Assembly: GCA_964353765.1 (NCBI GenBank)
Contig: CAYGWN010000049.1
Coordinates: 33,594-97,593 of the forward strand
Length of the DNA stretch: 64,000 nt
Source of the DNA: an uncultured Methanoregula sp.
Lineage (GTDB): Archaea; Halobacteriota; Methanomicrobia; Methanomicrobiales; Methanospirillaceae
Reading direction: 5' to 3'
In this document: in pieces, positions 9,903 to 19,958 of the stretch
Numbering within the stretch: the stretch's first letter is position 1
How the letters are laid out: each line of letters begins with the position of its first letter
Notes under the pieces: generated by a model
Seen by the model: the letters and a program-made list of their open reading frames with translations, nothing else
Database searches by the model: none
What the model was told of the DNA's origin: nothing
Translations under genes and position numbers: made by a program

Positions 9903-11141
9903 CTATGCGAACATTGCACCAAAGCTGCTGGTAAACTTCTGGCGGTCGAAGTCGAGGCCGATCTTCTCGATGGCATTCAGGAAATCGCTCCGGGTTACGG
10001 CATCGTGCTCCTTCCGGATGGCAAACATCCCCGCCTCCATGCAGATGGCACGGAGATCCGAACCGTTCTTGCCCTCCGTAAGGTAGGCAATCTCGCGGAG
10101 GTCGACTTCGTCATTAAGTCGCATCCTCCGGGTATGGACGTTCAGGATAGCGGACCGCCCCTCAATATCAGGAAGTGGGATCTCGATAATCCGGTCGAAC
10201 CGTCCCGGCCGGAGAAGCGCCCGATCAAGGATATCAATGCGGTTGGTTGCCCCGATGATCTTGACATCTCCCCGCCGTTCAAAACCGTCCATGCCGGCAA
10301 GGAGCTGCATCAGGGTACGCTGGACCTCCCGGTCCCCGGATGTCGTGGCTTCTGTCCGGGAAGCCCCCACAGCATCGATCTCATCGATGAAGATGATGGT
10401 CGGGGATCGTTTCTTTGCGAGGTCGAAGAGCTCCCGGACCAGCCGTGCCCCTTCACCAATGTATTTCTGGACAAGCTCTGAGCCGACCACCCGCAGGAAA
10501 TATGCATTCGTCTCATGGGCCACTGCCTTGGCAAGCAGGGTCTTTCCGGTTCCCGGCGGTCCATGGAGAAGCACTCCTTTCGGGGGTTCAATGCCGATTC
10601 TGTCGAAGAGTTCAGGCTTCTTGAGCGGGAGTTCAACCGCTTCCCTGATTTCGACGATTTGCCGGTCGAGCCCACCGATATCGTCATAGGATTCGTCAGG
10701 GGCTTCTACGACTTCCATGCCATAGACCTGGGAATCATAGCTCTCGGGGAGAATATCTATCACGGCAAGGGACTGCTGGTTGAGGGTGCACCGGACCCCT
10801 GGTTTCATGTTCTCGGGATCGATGCACATGGAGCTCCGGACAAGGAATCTCGGCCCGGCACTGCTCCTGACGATAACCCGGTTGGCATCGATAACATCGG
10901 TGATGGTACCGACAACGAGCGGGGGGCTCCTGAGCTGCTCAATCTCGCTCTTCAGCTTGCGGACCTCCCGTTCGTACCGGATCTTCTGGGTCTCGATGTA
11001 CCGCTTATCCGACTCGACCTGACGGAGCTGCTCACGGAGCTCGAGGTTCCGGGTCTCCATATTGGTTACACGGTCGAGCAGGTATCGGCATAATTCCTCA
11101 GGATTCTGAGGCTCCTGAGGCTGCCGGGCGCTTTCTGCCAT
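9903..11141 (-). CDS. pan: Proteasome-activating nucleotidase PAN (AAA+ ATPase)
   Basis: N-terminal coiled coil, OB region, Walker [12 protein letters not shown]+ module. Full-length similarity to archaeal Rpt-like PAN. Confidence 0.95.
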   Translation of the reverse strand: MAESARQPQEPQNPEELCRYLLDRVTNMETRNLELREQLRQVESDKRYIETQKIRYEREVRKLKSEIEQLRSPPLVVGTITDVIDANRVIVRSSAGPRFLVRSSMCIDPENMKPGVRCTLNQQSLAVIDILPESYDSQVYGMEVVEAPDESYDDIGGLDRQIVEIREAVELPLKKPELFDRIGIEPPKGVLLHGPPGTGKTLLAKAVAHETNAYFLRVVGSELVQKYIGEGARLVRELFDLAKKRSPTIIFIDEIDAVGASRTEATTSGDREVQRTLMQLLAGMDGFERRGDVKIIGATNRIDILDRALLRPGRFDRIIEIPLPDIEGRSAILNVHTRRMRLNDEVDLREIAYLTEGKNGSDLRAICMEAGMFAIRKEHDAVTRSDFLNAIEKIGLDFDRQKFTSSFGAMFA

Positions 11142-11201
11142 CTTTTCCCCTCAAATAAGTATATAGGGAAAAATGGCTATAAAGATGTTTGCGAGGAAAT
11201 A

Positions 11202-11693
11202 ATGCAGTGTGAATTGTGTGGCGCCAAGATACAGGGGCCGCCAAAAACCGTGAGAATAGAGGGGGCTCTGCTTGAGGTCTGCAGCCAGTGCGAAAAATAC
11301 GGGACTGAGGTGCAGAAACCTAAGAAGGCAGAACTACGGGGTGGGCCGATACACCGGCGACCGGTTCCCGTTTCTGTCCGGAAACAGCGCGACGTCCTCG
11401 ATCTGATGGAGGGGGAGATCGTCGAGGATTATGGAACCCGGATCCGCAATGCACGGATGGAACGGGGGTGGAGCCAGAAAGACCTCGCCATGGAGCTCAA
11501 GGAGAAAGAGCTCCTGATCAAGAAGATCGAAAAAGGAGACCTGATCCCGGAGGATAACCTCCGGATAAAGCTAGAACGTGCACTCAGCATCCGGCTCATT
11601 GATATGCCTGCAGAGGCCGATGAGAAGAAGAAGACCGGCAAGGTGGTCCCTACCCTCGGCGATGTAATTTCCATCAAAAAAGTGCATAAATAA
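11202..11693 (+). CDS. mbf1: Archaeal multiprotein-bridging factor 1 (aMBF1): zinc ribbon plus HTH
   Basis: CELCG…CSQC N-terminal ribbon. C-terminal XRE-type HTH (…RMERGWSQKDLAMELKE…). Confidence 0.8.
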   Translation: MQCELCGAKIQGPPKTVRIEGALLEVCSQCEKYGTEVQKPKKAELRGGPIHRRPVPVSVRKQRDVLDLMEGEIVEDYGTRIRNARMERGWSQKDLAMELKEKELLIKKIEKGDLIPEDNLRIKLERALSIRLIDMPAEADEKKKTGKVVPTLGDVISIKKVHK

Positions 11694-12000
11694 TCGGTTT
11701 TTCTTCCTTTTCCCGGCACCTGCCACATCGACTGGCAGCATATTTATATACCCCTTCCACCCAAGGTACTGCTTAATGCAGGGTGAGTGTCCATCCACTC
11801 ATGAGTGTTTTTTCACTCGTGAAGGCTTTTATCTCCTTTAGCTTCGCTCACACACCATGCACCGGCAGGCCGGCTTTTAAGAATGATTCCCTAAGAGCTG
11901 TGGCTGTCCCTGAGCGTTATTGGTATTTTAGTTATTTTGGCTATTTTGCCTGATTCCGTGAGCACATTTTGAAAAATGCGCTGATGGAGGAGAGATTGGT

Positions 12001-12792
12001 ATGAGAGGGAAAGAAATTCGTCTGGAACGCATCATCGATCGAAATACCAGGAAGACCATCATTGTCCCCATGGATCACGGGGTGACGAACGGTCCGATAG
12101 CAGGACTGATTGACATCAGTGAGGCCGTGGACCGGGTTGCCGAAGGAGGCGCAAATGCCGTCCTTGGCCATGTCGGGCTGGCTCTCCACGGACACCGGAA
12201 GAGCGGGAGGGATGTCGGGCTGATCCTGCATCTCTCTGCCAGCACAGCCATTGGCCCGGACCCGAATGAAAAAGTGCTCGTAAACTCGGTGACCAATGCC
12301 CTGAAGATGGGTGCCGATGCGGTATCAGTACATATCAACATCGGTGCAGATTCCGAGGCACGGATGCTTGTTGACCTCGGTGAGGTAGCGATAGAGTGTA
12401 TGGAGTGGGGTGTGCCTCTGCTGGCCATGATGTACCCGAGGGGGAGGAAGATCGCCAACGAACATGACCCGGCACACGTCGCCCTGGCGGCACGGGTGGC
12501 CGCAGAACTCGGGGCGGATATGGTCAAGACCGTGTATACCGGTGACCCGGACAGTTTCCGGGATGTGACGAGGGGCTGCCCTGTCCCGGTTGTTGTGGCC
12601 GGGGGGTCAAAGACAGATGACCGGTCCACCCTGGAGCTGATCGAAGGTGCGATGGCCGGTGGTGCAACTGGCATATCTGTCGGGAGGAACGCGTTTCAGC
12701 ACCCCAACCCGGCCCGGTTCATACGGGCAGCAGCCCTCATTGTGCATGAAGGGCGTACCGCGGAAGAAGCATGTGAAATTCTGAAGGGGTGA
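12001..12792 (+). CDS. aroA': 2-amino-3,7-dideoxy-D-threo-hept-6-ulosonate (ADH) synthase, DhnA-type class I aldolase
   Basis: [12 protein letters not shown] and GADMVKT (Schiff-base Lys) motifs, as in the MJ0400 family. First gene of the aro operon. GGAGGAG RBS upstream. Confidence 0.7.
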   Translation: MRGKEIRLERIIDRNTRKTIIVPMDHGVTNGPIAGLIDISEAVDRVAEGGANAVLGHVGLALHGHRKSGRDVGLILHLSASTAIGPDPNEKVLVNSVTNALKMGADAVSVHINIGADSEARMLVDLGEVAIECMEWGVPLLAMMYPRGRKIANEHDPAHVALAARVAAELGADMVKTVYTGDPDSFRDVTRGCPVPVVVAGGSKTDDRSTLELIEGAMAGGATGISVGRNAFQHPNPARFIRAAALIVHEGRTAEEACEILKG

Positions 12793-12795
12793 AAA

Positions 12796-13581
12796 ATGAT
12801 TGGAAAAGAGATACGGATCGAGCGGATCATGGACCGGAATACCGGCCGGGGCGTGATTGTGCCGATGGACCATGGATTCACCCTTGGCCAGATCGATGGG
12901 CTCCAGGACATGACACGGGCAATATCGGCAGTGAGTGAAGGCGGGGCAAATGCTATCGTGCTGCATAAAGGGATCGTGAAGAAGGGGCACCGGAGGAGGG
13001 GGCGGGATATCGGTTTAATCGTCCACCTCTCAGGGAGTACATCCATGAACCCTGACCCGAACGACAAGGTTCTTGTATGCACTGTCGAAGAGGCGATAGC
13101 ACTGGGTGCTGATGCGGTATCTATTCACATCAATCTTGGTGCACCAAATGAATCGAGAATGCTTGAGGATGCCGCGGGGGTAGTAAAAGAATGCAACCGG
13201 TGGGGAATACCTCTGCTGGTCATGATCTACCCGAGGGGAAAGGGAATCGACCCCAACGCTCCCCAGACCATCGGCCACTGTGTCCGGGTTGCCGAGGAGC
13301 TTGGTGCAGACCTTATCAAGACCAACTACCCTGGTGACCCGGTCAGTTTCGCAAAGATTGTGAAGGCCTGTTCGGTACCGGTGCTGATTGCCGGCGGTGA
13401 AAAGGCCGGAGACCTTGAAACCCTCGAAATAATCCGGGATTCAGTGGCCGCGGGAGGTGCGGGGGTATGTGTCGGAAGGAATGCATTCCAGAGAGACGAC
13501 CCGAGAGCGTTTGTCGAGGCTCTCTGCAGGGTTGTCCACGACGGGTGGGATCCGGCAAGTGCGCTGGCGGGTAGACCATGA
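12796..13581 (+). CDS. DhnA-family class I aldolase paralog (fructose-bisphosphate aldolase / putative 6-deoxy-5-ketofructose-1-phosphate synthase-like)
   Basis: Tandem paralog of the previous gene, starting 3 nt after its stop. Same length and same Lys motif (GADLIKT), but a diverged substrate loop (HGFTLGQ). Confidence 0.65.
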   Translation: MIGKEIRIERIMDRNTGRGVIVPMDHGFTLGQIDGLQDMTRAISAVSEGGANAIVLHKGIVKKGHRRRGRDIGLIVHLSGSTSMNPDPNDKVLVCTVEEAIALGADAVSIHINLGAPNESRMLEDAAGVVKECNRWGIPLLVMIYPRGKGIDPNAPQTIGHCVRVAEELGADLIKTNYPGDPVSFAKIVKACSVPVLIAGGEKAGDLETLEIIRDSVAAGGAGVCVGRNAFQRDDPRAFVEALCRVVHDGWDPASALAGRP

Positions 13582-14564
13582 AGGAGTTCTGGGTGGATGT
13601 CCGCCCCTGGAAGAAGGAGCTAGCAACAGCAGCAATCGAGAGCGGAGCTGACGTGCTGGTGGCTGAAAAGGCTGCACCGGTAAAAGCGCTCTGCCGGATG
13701 AAGGTCGCTTCAGATGATGGCGATCTCAGGTGGGGAACTGATATCTTCGAGATAACCATCTCCGGGTCCGCGGATATGGAAAAAGCAGAACTCCTCGCCC
13801 GGAAAGGGTTTGTGGTGGTAGAGACAGGAGACTGGAAGGTGATACCGCTTGAGAACCTGGTAGCAGTATCCGATCATATCATTGCTGCTGTCCATTCTGA
13901 AGAAGAAGCGGACCTTGCCCTCCATGTACTTGAGAAAGGGGTCCACGGTATCCTCCTCAAGGATGCAACCCCTGCCCTGATAAGGAAGACTGGTGCCCTT
14001 GTCCGGGCTGGAGCAGGACAGGCCGAGCTCATCCCTTTTACGATAACTGCCATACAACCGATTGGCATGGGTGACAGGGTCTGTGTTGACACCTGCTCCA
14101 TGCTCCGGGAGGGAGAGGGAATTCTTGTCGGAAACACCTCATCCGCACTCCTCCTCGTCCAGGCTGAGACCCTCGAGAACCCGTATGTCAGCCCCCGGCC
14201 GTTCCGGGTCAACGCCGGTGCCGTTCATGCCTACACGCTGAAGCCGGGCGATAAAACAGCCTATCTCTCTGACCTGAAGGCCGGAGATCATGTCCTCGTC
14301 TCGGCGTATGACGGGAAGCTCAGGGATGCCGGCGTCGGCCGGGTCAAGATAGAACAGCGCCCCCTCCTCCTCGTAGAAGCTGAAGCAGAAGGGGTAAAAG
14401 CAAGCCTGGTCCTGCAGAATGCCGAGACGGTACGGCTTGTCGGGGCAGACGGCATTCCCATTTCAGTGGTAGCACTCACCCCCGGTGACCGGGTGCTCGG
14501 CAGGGTCCTCGAAGCGGGACGGCATTTCGGGATAGCAGTCAGGGAATCAATCATCGAGAAGTGA
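13578..14564 (+). CDS. aroB': 3-dehydroquinate synthase II (archaeal type)
   Basis: MKEFWVDVRPW… N-terminus and MJ1249-family similarity. ATGA overlap with the upstream gene. Confidence 0.85.
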   Translation: MKEFWVDVRPWKKELATAAIESGADVLVAEKAAPVKALCRMKVASDDGDLRWGTDIFEITISGSADMEKAELLARKGFVVVETGDWKVIPLENLVAVSDHIIAAVHSEEEADLALHVLEKGVHGILLKDATPALIRKTGALVRAGAGQAELIPFTITAIQPIGMGDRVCVDTCSMLREGEGILVGNTSSALLLVQAETLENPYVSPRPFRVNAGAVHAYTLKPGDKTAYLSDLKAGDHVLVSAYDGKLRDAGVGRVKIEQRPLLLVEAEAEGVKASLVLQNAETVRLVGADGIPISVVALTPGDRVLGRVLEAGRHFGIAVRESIIEK

Positions 14565-14568
14565 AGGG

Positions 14569-15393
14569 ATGAAAGTCGGAATTATCGGAGGAACCGGTAA
14601 GATGGGAGGCTTCTTTGCCGGGGTCTTCAATCGAGCCGGGCACGATGTACTGATCTGCGGGAGGAATACAAGGGTGACCTGCCGTGATCTTGCACAGGAA
14701 TGCCACCTGGTCATGGTATCAGTACCGATCCGGGATACCGTTCGGGTCATCAGGGAGATTGCCCCCCTTCTCACACCGAGCCAGGTTCTCTGTGACCTGA
14801 CCTCGCTGAAGGTTGCCCCGGTTGATACGATGATGGAGTCATCTGCATCAGTAATCGGGCTGCACCCCATGTTCGGGCCCGGTGTTCCCTCACTCCGCGG
14901 CCAGACCATCGTTGTCATACCTGCCCGATGTAGTGATGAAACCCTCGCCTCCCTCATAACTATCTTTGAGCGGGAAGGGGCAGTAATCACCCTCTCCACA
15001 CCGGAGGAACATGACCGGGTCATGGCACTGGTCCAGGGGCTGACACACTTTGTCACCCTGATGGTGGCAGACACCATGCGGAGGCTCTCCGTAAGTCCCC
15101 GCGAGACCAGTCCCTACATGAGCCCGGTATACCAGATTGAGATGGGTCTCGTCGGGCGGCTCCTCTCCCAGGAACCGGATCTCTACGGGGACATGCTCAG
15201 GCTAAACCCGTTCGTAAAACCCGTGCTGGGTGCTTGCGGTGAATCGCTGGATGAAATCCGGGAAATAATTCTATCTGACGATGCCGGGGCATTCCGGGAG
15301 ATCTTTTTGAAAAATACCCGGAATTTTGGAGAATATTGTGCAAGGGCAGAAGATGAGACCGATTATCTGATCACGGCAATGGTGAGCAGATGA
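14569..15393 (+). CDS. tyrA: Prephenate dehydrogenase
   Basis: Rossmann motif IIGGTGKMGG. PDH family similarity. Operon context. Confidence 0.85.
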   Translation: MKVGIIGGTGKMGGFFAGVFNRAGHDVLICGRNTRVTCRDLAQECHLVMVSVPIRDTVRVIREIAPLLTPSQVLCDLTSLKVAPVDTMMESSASVIGLHPMFGPGVPSLRGQTIVVIPARCSDETLASLITIFEREGAVITLSTPEEHDRVMALVQGLTHFVTLMVADTMRRLSVSPRETSPYMSPVYQIEMGLVGRLLSQEPDLYGDMLRLNPFVKPVLGACGESLDEIREIILSDDAGAFREIFLKNTRNFGEYCARAEDETDYLITAMVSR

Positions 15394-16193
15394 CCATCCT
15401 TGCCCTCGGTCCTGAGGGGACGTTCTCCCATGAACTGGCAGTACGGGCATTTTCCGGTGAAATAAGGCTGGTACCCACGATCTCCGGTATCTTCTCCCAG
15501 GTGGAGACCGGGATCTCTGACGGTGTGGTGCCGATTGAAAACAGTGAAGCTGGCGGGGTTGGCCCAACGCTTGACGGCCTCCTGCTCCACCAGGTGTATA
15601 TAACCGCTGAACTGTACATGCCGGTCCACCACCACCTTGCCGCATCTGTTCCGATAGAGTCCATTGAGGTGATCTATGCTCACCCGCAGACCCATGAACA
15701 ATGCAGCCGGTTCCTCGATAGTCTCTGCATCCCTGTTATCCATACCAGCAGTAACGCTGCTAGTGCACGAGAGATGAAGCGATCAGTAGGTTCAGCAGCA
15801 ATCGTTTCGAAGATGACTGCTCAGCTCAACGGACTCCCGCTCATCAGGGAGCATGTAGAGAACAATCCCCTGAATACAACACGGTTCGTGGTCATCTCCA
15901 ATCGGAAGAAAGGGGAAACCGGCTGTACAAAATGCAGTATCCTTGTTGATCCCGAACAGGACCGGGCTGGTCTCCTCTACGACCTCCTCGGTATTTTTGC
16001 AGGGCGGGGAATCAACCTCACAAGGATTGAGTCACGCCCTTCCAAGCGGGGAATGGGGCAGTATATCTTTTTTATGGACCTCCAGTATTCACCAGCCTGT
16101 AACGATGCACTCCTGGCCTTACGGAAAAAGACCCGGTTCCGTGAGCTCGGATGCTACCGTGAAAAAGAGGTGCCGGCATGGACATCCGATTGA
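15390..16193 (+). CDS. pheA: Prephenate dehydratase (PDT plus ACT domains, no chorismate mutase domain)
   Basis: ALGPEGTFSH motif. ESRPS in the ACT region. ATGA overlap with tyrA. Confidence 0.85.
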   Translation: MTILALGPEGTFSHELAVRAFSGEIRLVPTISGIFSQVETGISDGVVPIENSEAGGVGPTLDGLLLHQVYITAELYMPVHHHLAASVPIESIEVIYAHPQTHEQCSRFLDSLCIPVIHTSSNAASAREMKRSVGSAAIVSKMTAQLNGLPLIREHVENNPLNTTRFVVISNRKKGETGCTKCSILVDPEQDRAGLLYDLLGIFAGRGINLTRIESRPSKRGMGQYIFFMDLQYSPACNDALLALRKKTRFRELGCYREKEVPAWTSD

Positions 16194-17449
16194 AGAAGAC
16201 CGGACCGATCGACATCAGGGTTTCGGCCCCGCCATCGAAGAGTTATACGCACCGGGCACTTATTGCTGCAGCGCTGGCAGAGGGGACCAGTCAGCTTGAA
16301 CATCCGCTTATCTCGACCGATACCCTGACCACTGCTACGGGGCTTGAACTCCTGGGCATACCTGTCACCCTGGATTGTGATCAGTTCATCATCCGTGGTT
16401 CGGGAGGTCACCTGGTATGCCGGGAATTTTTGGAAATTCCGGCAGGGGATTCGGGAACGAGCTTCCGTCTTCTTACATCGGTGACCCTCCTCTGCCGTAG
16501 CCCGGTCATCATGACGGGGAGTCCAAGGATGAAAGAACGGCCTGTTGGGGGGCTGGTAGAAGCCCTGAACAGGATTGGAGGTCGGATCCACTATCTCGAA
16601 AACCCCGGGTTCCCCCCTCTCCTTGTTGACGGCGCCCTGAAAGGTGGAGAGGTGCGGGTCGAGGGCAGGGTAAGCAGCCAGTATGCTTCATCAATTCTTC
16701 TCTCTGCGCCCTATGCAGAATCTCCGGTAGAACTGGAGATTTCACCTGACACTATCTCGCGTTCCTATATCGATGTGACTGCCGATGTCATGACGTCCTT
16801 TGGAGCAGAGGTGCGGAGGGAGGGTTATGAACGGTTCACCGTTGAACCGCGTCGCCCCTACCAGGCCCGCTCCTACCGGGTGGAGGGAGATTATTCATCG
16901 GCATCCTACTTCTTTGCCATGGCCGCGGTCTGTGGAGGGCGGGCAATAGTCGATAATCTTGCAGCCGGTTCAGTCCAGGGCGATCGGGTTTTCCTTGATG
17001 CTCTTGCCCGCATGGGGTGCAGGGTTTCTGCAGAGGGAACAACGGTAACCCTTGAAAGCAATGGATCTTTGACAGGAATCGAGATTGACATGTCAGGATC
17101 CCCTGATACTGTGCAGACACTTAGTATGGTTGCAGCATGTGCCACTTCTCCTTCCCGCCTCACCGGGATCTCCCATCTCAGGTACAAGGAGAGTGACCGG
17201 ATCCTGGCCATCATGAAGATTCTCCTGACCCTTGGGGGAGATGTCATGACCGAACCTGACGGGACGATCATCGTCCGGCCAGCTCCCCTTAACGGAGGAG
17301 TTGTCGATGCAGAAAATGATCACCGGACTGCTATGAGTGCAGCCGTTCTCGGTCTTGCGGTAGGGGACATCACCATCAGAGGGGCGGAATGTGTCAGTAA
17401 GTCTTTTCCGGATTTCTGGAAAATACTCAGTGAGGCGGGACTGGTATGA
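16178..17449 (+). CDS. aroA: 3-phosphoshikimate 1-carboxyvinyltransferase (EPSP synthase)
   Basis: PPSKSYTHRALIAAALA motif. 423 aa, full-length family similarity. Confidence 0.9.
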   Translation: MDIRLKKTGPIDIRVSAPPSKSYTHRALIAAALAEGTSQLEHPLISTDTLTTATGLELLGIPVTLDCDQFIIRGSGGHLVCREFLEIPAGDSGTSFRLLTSVTLLCRSPVIMTGSPRMKERPVGGLVEALNRIGGRIHYLENPGFPPLLVDGALKGGEVRVEGRVSSQYASSILLSAPYAESPVELEISPDTISRSYIDVTADVMTSFGAEVRREGYERFTVEPRRPYQARSYRVEGDYSSASYFFAMAAVCGGRAIVDNLAAGSVQGDRVFLDALARMGCRVSAEGTTVTLESNGSLTGIEIDMSGSPDTVQTLSMVAACATSPSRLTGISHLRYKESDRILAIMKILLTLGGDVMTEPDGTIIVRPAPLNGGVVDAENDHRTAMSAAVLGLAVGDITIRGAECVSKSFPDFWKILSEAGLV

Positions 17450-18825
17450 GGATCGTACTCTGCGGGTTCCGGGGGACGGGTAAGACCGAATGCGGGCGTC
17501 TGCTCTCGAAACTCATCGGTCTTCCCTTCCTGGACACCGATGCGATGATCGAAGAGCGAACCGGAGTGACCATTCATGAGATATTTTCCCGGGACGGCGA
17601 GAAAACCTTCAGGGAGCAGGAGAGGCAGGTGATCGCCTCTCTGCCGGAGTCCGGGTGCATCATCGCGACCGGTGGTGGAGCAGTGGTTGACCCGGTAAAC
17701 GTTGCACGTCTTCGGAAAGGAAGCACTATGATCCTGCTCGAAGCTGATCCCGCTGCAATCGAGCGGCGTATCAGGAATACCGCGCGCCCGCCCCTAACCA
17801 CCCTTCCGTTCCGTGATGAGATCAGGGCCCTCATCGCCGAGCGGAAACCGGCATATGCCCGTGCTGCTGACTTCTGCATCGACACCACGGCAAAAAGTCC
17901 AAACGAGGTATGTCTTGGCATCATCCGCATCCTTTCCGAAGGAACAGCAAATCCGGGATCAGGCTTGAGAATAGTTCAGTTTCTACAGCAGTCAGGGATT
18001 CCACCAGGCGAGGTTGCTTCATTTGAGCGGGTGATCAAGTCCGGTGATCCCAGAACGAGGCTGTATGCAATTGCCGGAAACCCTGCCGTGCAGAGCAGGA
18101 GTCCTGCACTCTTCAACCAGCTTTTTGACCATTTTGGCCTGAACTGTTACTACAGCCGGTTTCAGGCCCCTGACATCACCACGATAACCCGGATCTGCCG
18201 GGATATGGACCTGCGAGGACTTTCCGTTACCATCCCCTTCAAGCACGCCATTATGGAGGAGCTCTCGACCATCGATTCCCATGCCGATGCGATTGGTGCA
18301 GTCAACACCGTGGTTTGGTGCGGCGGGGAGAGTACTGGTTATAACACAGACTGGATCGGAATACGGGAACCCCTTACGGACCGGAAAGGGTCACGGGCTG
18401 TCGTGCTCGGAGCCGGAGGTGCAGCAGCCGCAGCGGTCTATGCACTCAGCTCACTTGATATGGAAATAACCATCCTGAACAGGACTGTCCGCAGTGCAGA
18501 AGCACTCGCTGAACGGTTTGGCTGCAAATTTGGGCCACCCGAGCTCTTCTCCCGGGTGTCCCCTGACATTGTGATTCATGCCACCCCGCTCGGCATGGCC
18601 CCCGATATGAAGAGCCCGCTGAAAAAAGAGCAGCTTCACCCGTCCATGACCATTTTTGACCTCGTCTATACCCCGCCGGAAACGCCGCTGATCCGGATGG
18701 CCAGGAATGCAGGATGCAGCGTGATCCCGGGAACCGAGATGTTTGTCCGGCAGGCTACCGCACAGTTCAAACATTTCACCGGGATCATTGCACCCATCGG
18801 TCTGGTGAGGAGTATGATGTTATGA
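17446..18825 (+). CDS. aroK-aroE: Bifunctional P-loop (AroK/AroL-type) shikimate kinase / shikimate 5-dehydrogenase fusion
   Basis: N-terminal GFRGTGKT Walker A plus LDTD and GGG motifs of AroK-type kinases. The C-terminal ~270 aa are AroE-like (…IAGNPAVQSRSP…, GAGGAAAA Rossmann). Confidence 0.85.
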   Translation: MRIVLCGFRGTGKTECGRLLSKLIGLPFLDTDAMIEERTGVTIHEIFSRDGEKTFREQERQVIASLPESGCIIATGGGAVVDPVNVARLRKGSTMILLEADPAAIERRIRNTARPPLTTLPFRDEIRALIAERKPAYARAADFCIDTTAKSPNEVCLGIIRILSEGTANPGSGLRIVQFLQQSGIPPGEVASFERVIKSGDPRTRLYAIAGNPAVQSRSPALFNQLFDHFGLNCYYSRFQAPDITTITRICRDMDLRGLSVTIPFKHAIMEELSTIDSHADAIGAVNTVVWCGGESTGYNTDWIGIREPLTDRKGSRAVVLGAGGAAAAAVYALSSLDMEITILNRTVRSAEALAERFGCKFGPPELFSRVSPDIVIHATPLGMAPDMKSPLKKEQLHPSMTIFDLVYTPPETPLIRMARNAGCSVIPGTEMFVRQATAQFKHFTGIIAPIGLVRSMML

Positions 18826-19820
18826 ACACCTTTGGAAGATTATTCAGGTGCACCACCTTTGGGGAGAGCCATGGCCCTTCCCTGGGGGTTGTCATAGATG
18901 GATGTCCCCCGGGAATTCCCCTCTCCGAAGATGATATCCAGCCGCTGCTCGACAGGCGGAGACCAGGCAGGGATTCACTCAGTTCACCGAGGTCAGAGTC
19001 AGACCGTGTTGAGATCCTGTCCGGGATCTTTGAGGGAAAAACGAGCGGAACCCCGGTTACCCTGACAATCAGGAACCGTGATGCGAGACCGGAAGAGTAT
19101 GATGAATTAAAAGAGATATTCCGCCCCGGGCATGCGGATTACACCTGGCACCGGAAGTACGGTATACGTGATTACCGGGGCGGTGGCAGGGCTTCCGGGA
19201 GGGAGACTGTCGGGAGGGTTGCCGCGGGGGCGGTAGCGGCAGTCTGTCTCCTGCGGGCAGGAATAACGGTATCCGGGACCATAGACGAGATCCACGGCGA
19301 GACGGACACTGAACGAATGGAGGAAGAGATCCGGAAGGCCAGGGACAGCGGGGATTCCGTTGGCGGAATTATCAGGTTGACGGTAAAGGGATGTCCGCCG
19401 GGTCTGGGAGACCCTGTCTTTGGGAAACTCGATGCCAGGATTGCCGGTGCACTGATGGGTATTGGCGGTGTGAAAGGTGTTGAGATTGGCGACGGTTTCC
19501 TGGCTGCCCGGATGACAGGGAGTGCGCACAACGACCAGATGGACAGGACCGGTTTTCTCACCAACCACGCGGGCGGAATTCTCGGGGGAATCAGCACGGG
19601 GGAAGAAATAAGGGTCAGGATGGCGGTGAAGCCGACCCCGTCAATCCGGAAGCCGCAGAAGACGCTTACAGTGGTCGGAAAGGAGACGACAATCAGTATC
19701 CAGGGGAGGCATGATCCCTGCATCGTGCCCCGGGTCCTCCCGGTCGGAGAGGCCATGCTCTGCCTGGTGCTCATCGATGCTCTGTTTGAACAGCAGAAGT
19801 ACCTGATCTTCAGGGAATGA
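18822..19820 (+). CDS. aroC: Chorismate synthase
   Basis: MNTFGRLFRCTTFGESHG N-terminus. The start at 18822 forms an ATGA overlap with the aroK-aroE stop. The track ORF's 36-aa N-terminal extension is rejected. Confidence 0.9.
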   Translation: MNTFGRLFRCTTFGESHGPSLGVVIDGCPPGIPLSEDDIQPLLDRRRPGRDSLSSPRSESDRVEILSGIFEGKTSGTPVTLTIRNRDARPEEYDELKEIFRPGHADYTWHRKYGIRDYRGGGRASGRETVGRVAAGAVAAVCLLRAGITVSGTIDEIHGETDTERMEEEIRKARDSGDSVGGIIRLTVKGCPPGLGDPVFGKLDARIAGALMGIGGVKGVEIGDGFLAARMTGSAHNDQMDRTGFLTNHAGGILGGISTGEEIRVRMAVKPTPSIRKPQKTLTVVGKETTISIQGRHDPCIVPRVLPVGEAMLCLVLIDALFEQQKYLIFRE

Positions 19821-19958
19821 CTTTATACCCTCAACCAGGAGCCATGAGCGGATAAGGAGAAAGGAATCCCTGATCCCCGTTTTAATTTCGACACTCAACG
19901 ATTATCCTTCCAGAACTGGCAATGCCCTGTTCCCGGGAGATGGAGAAGTGGCTGGGGG

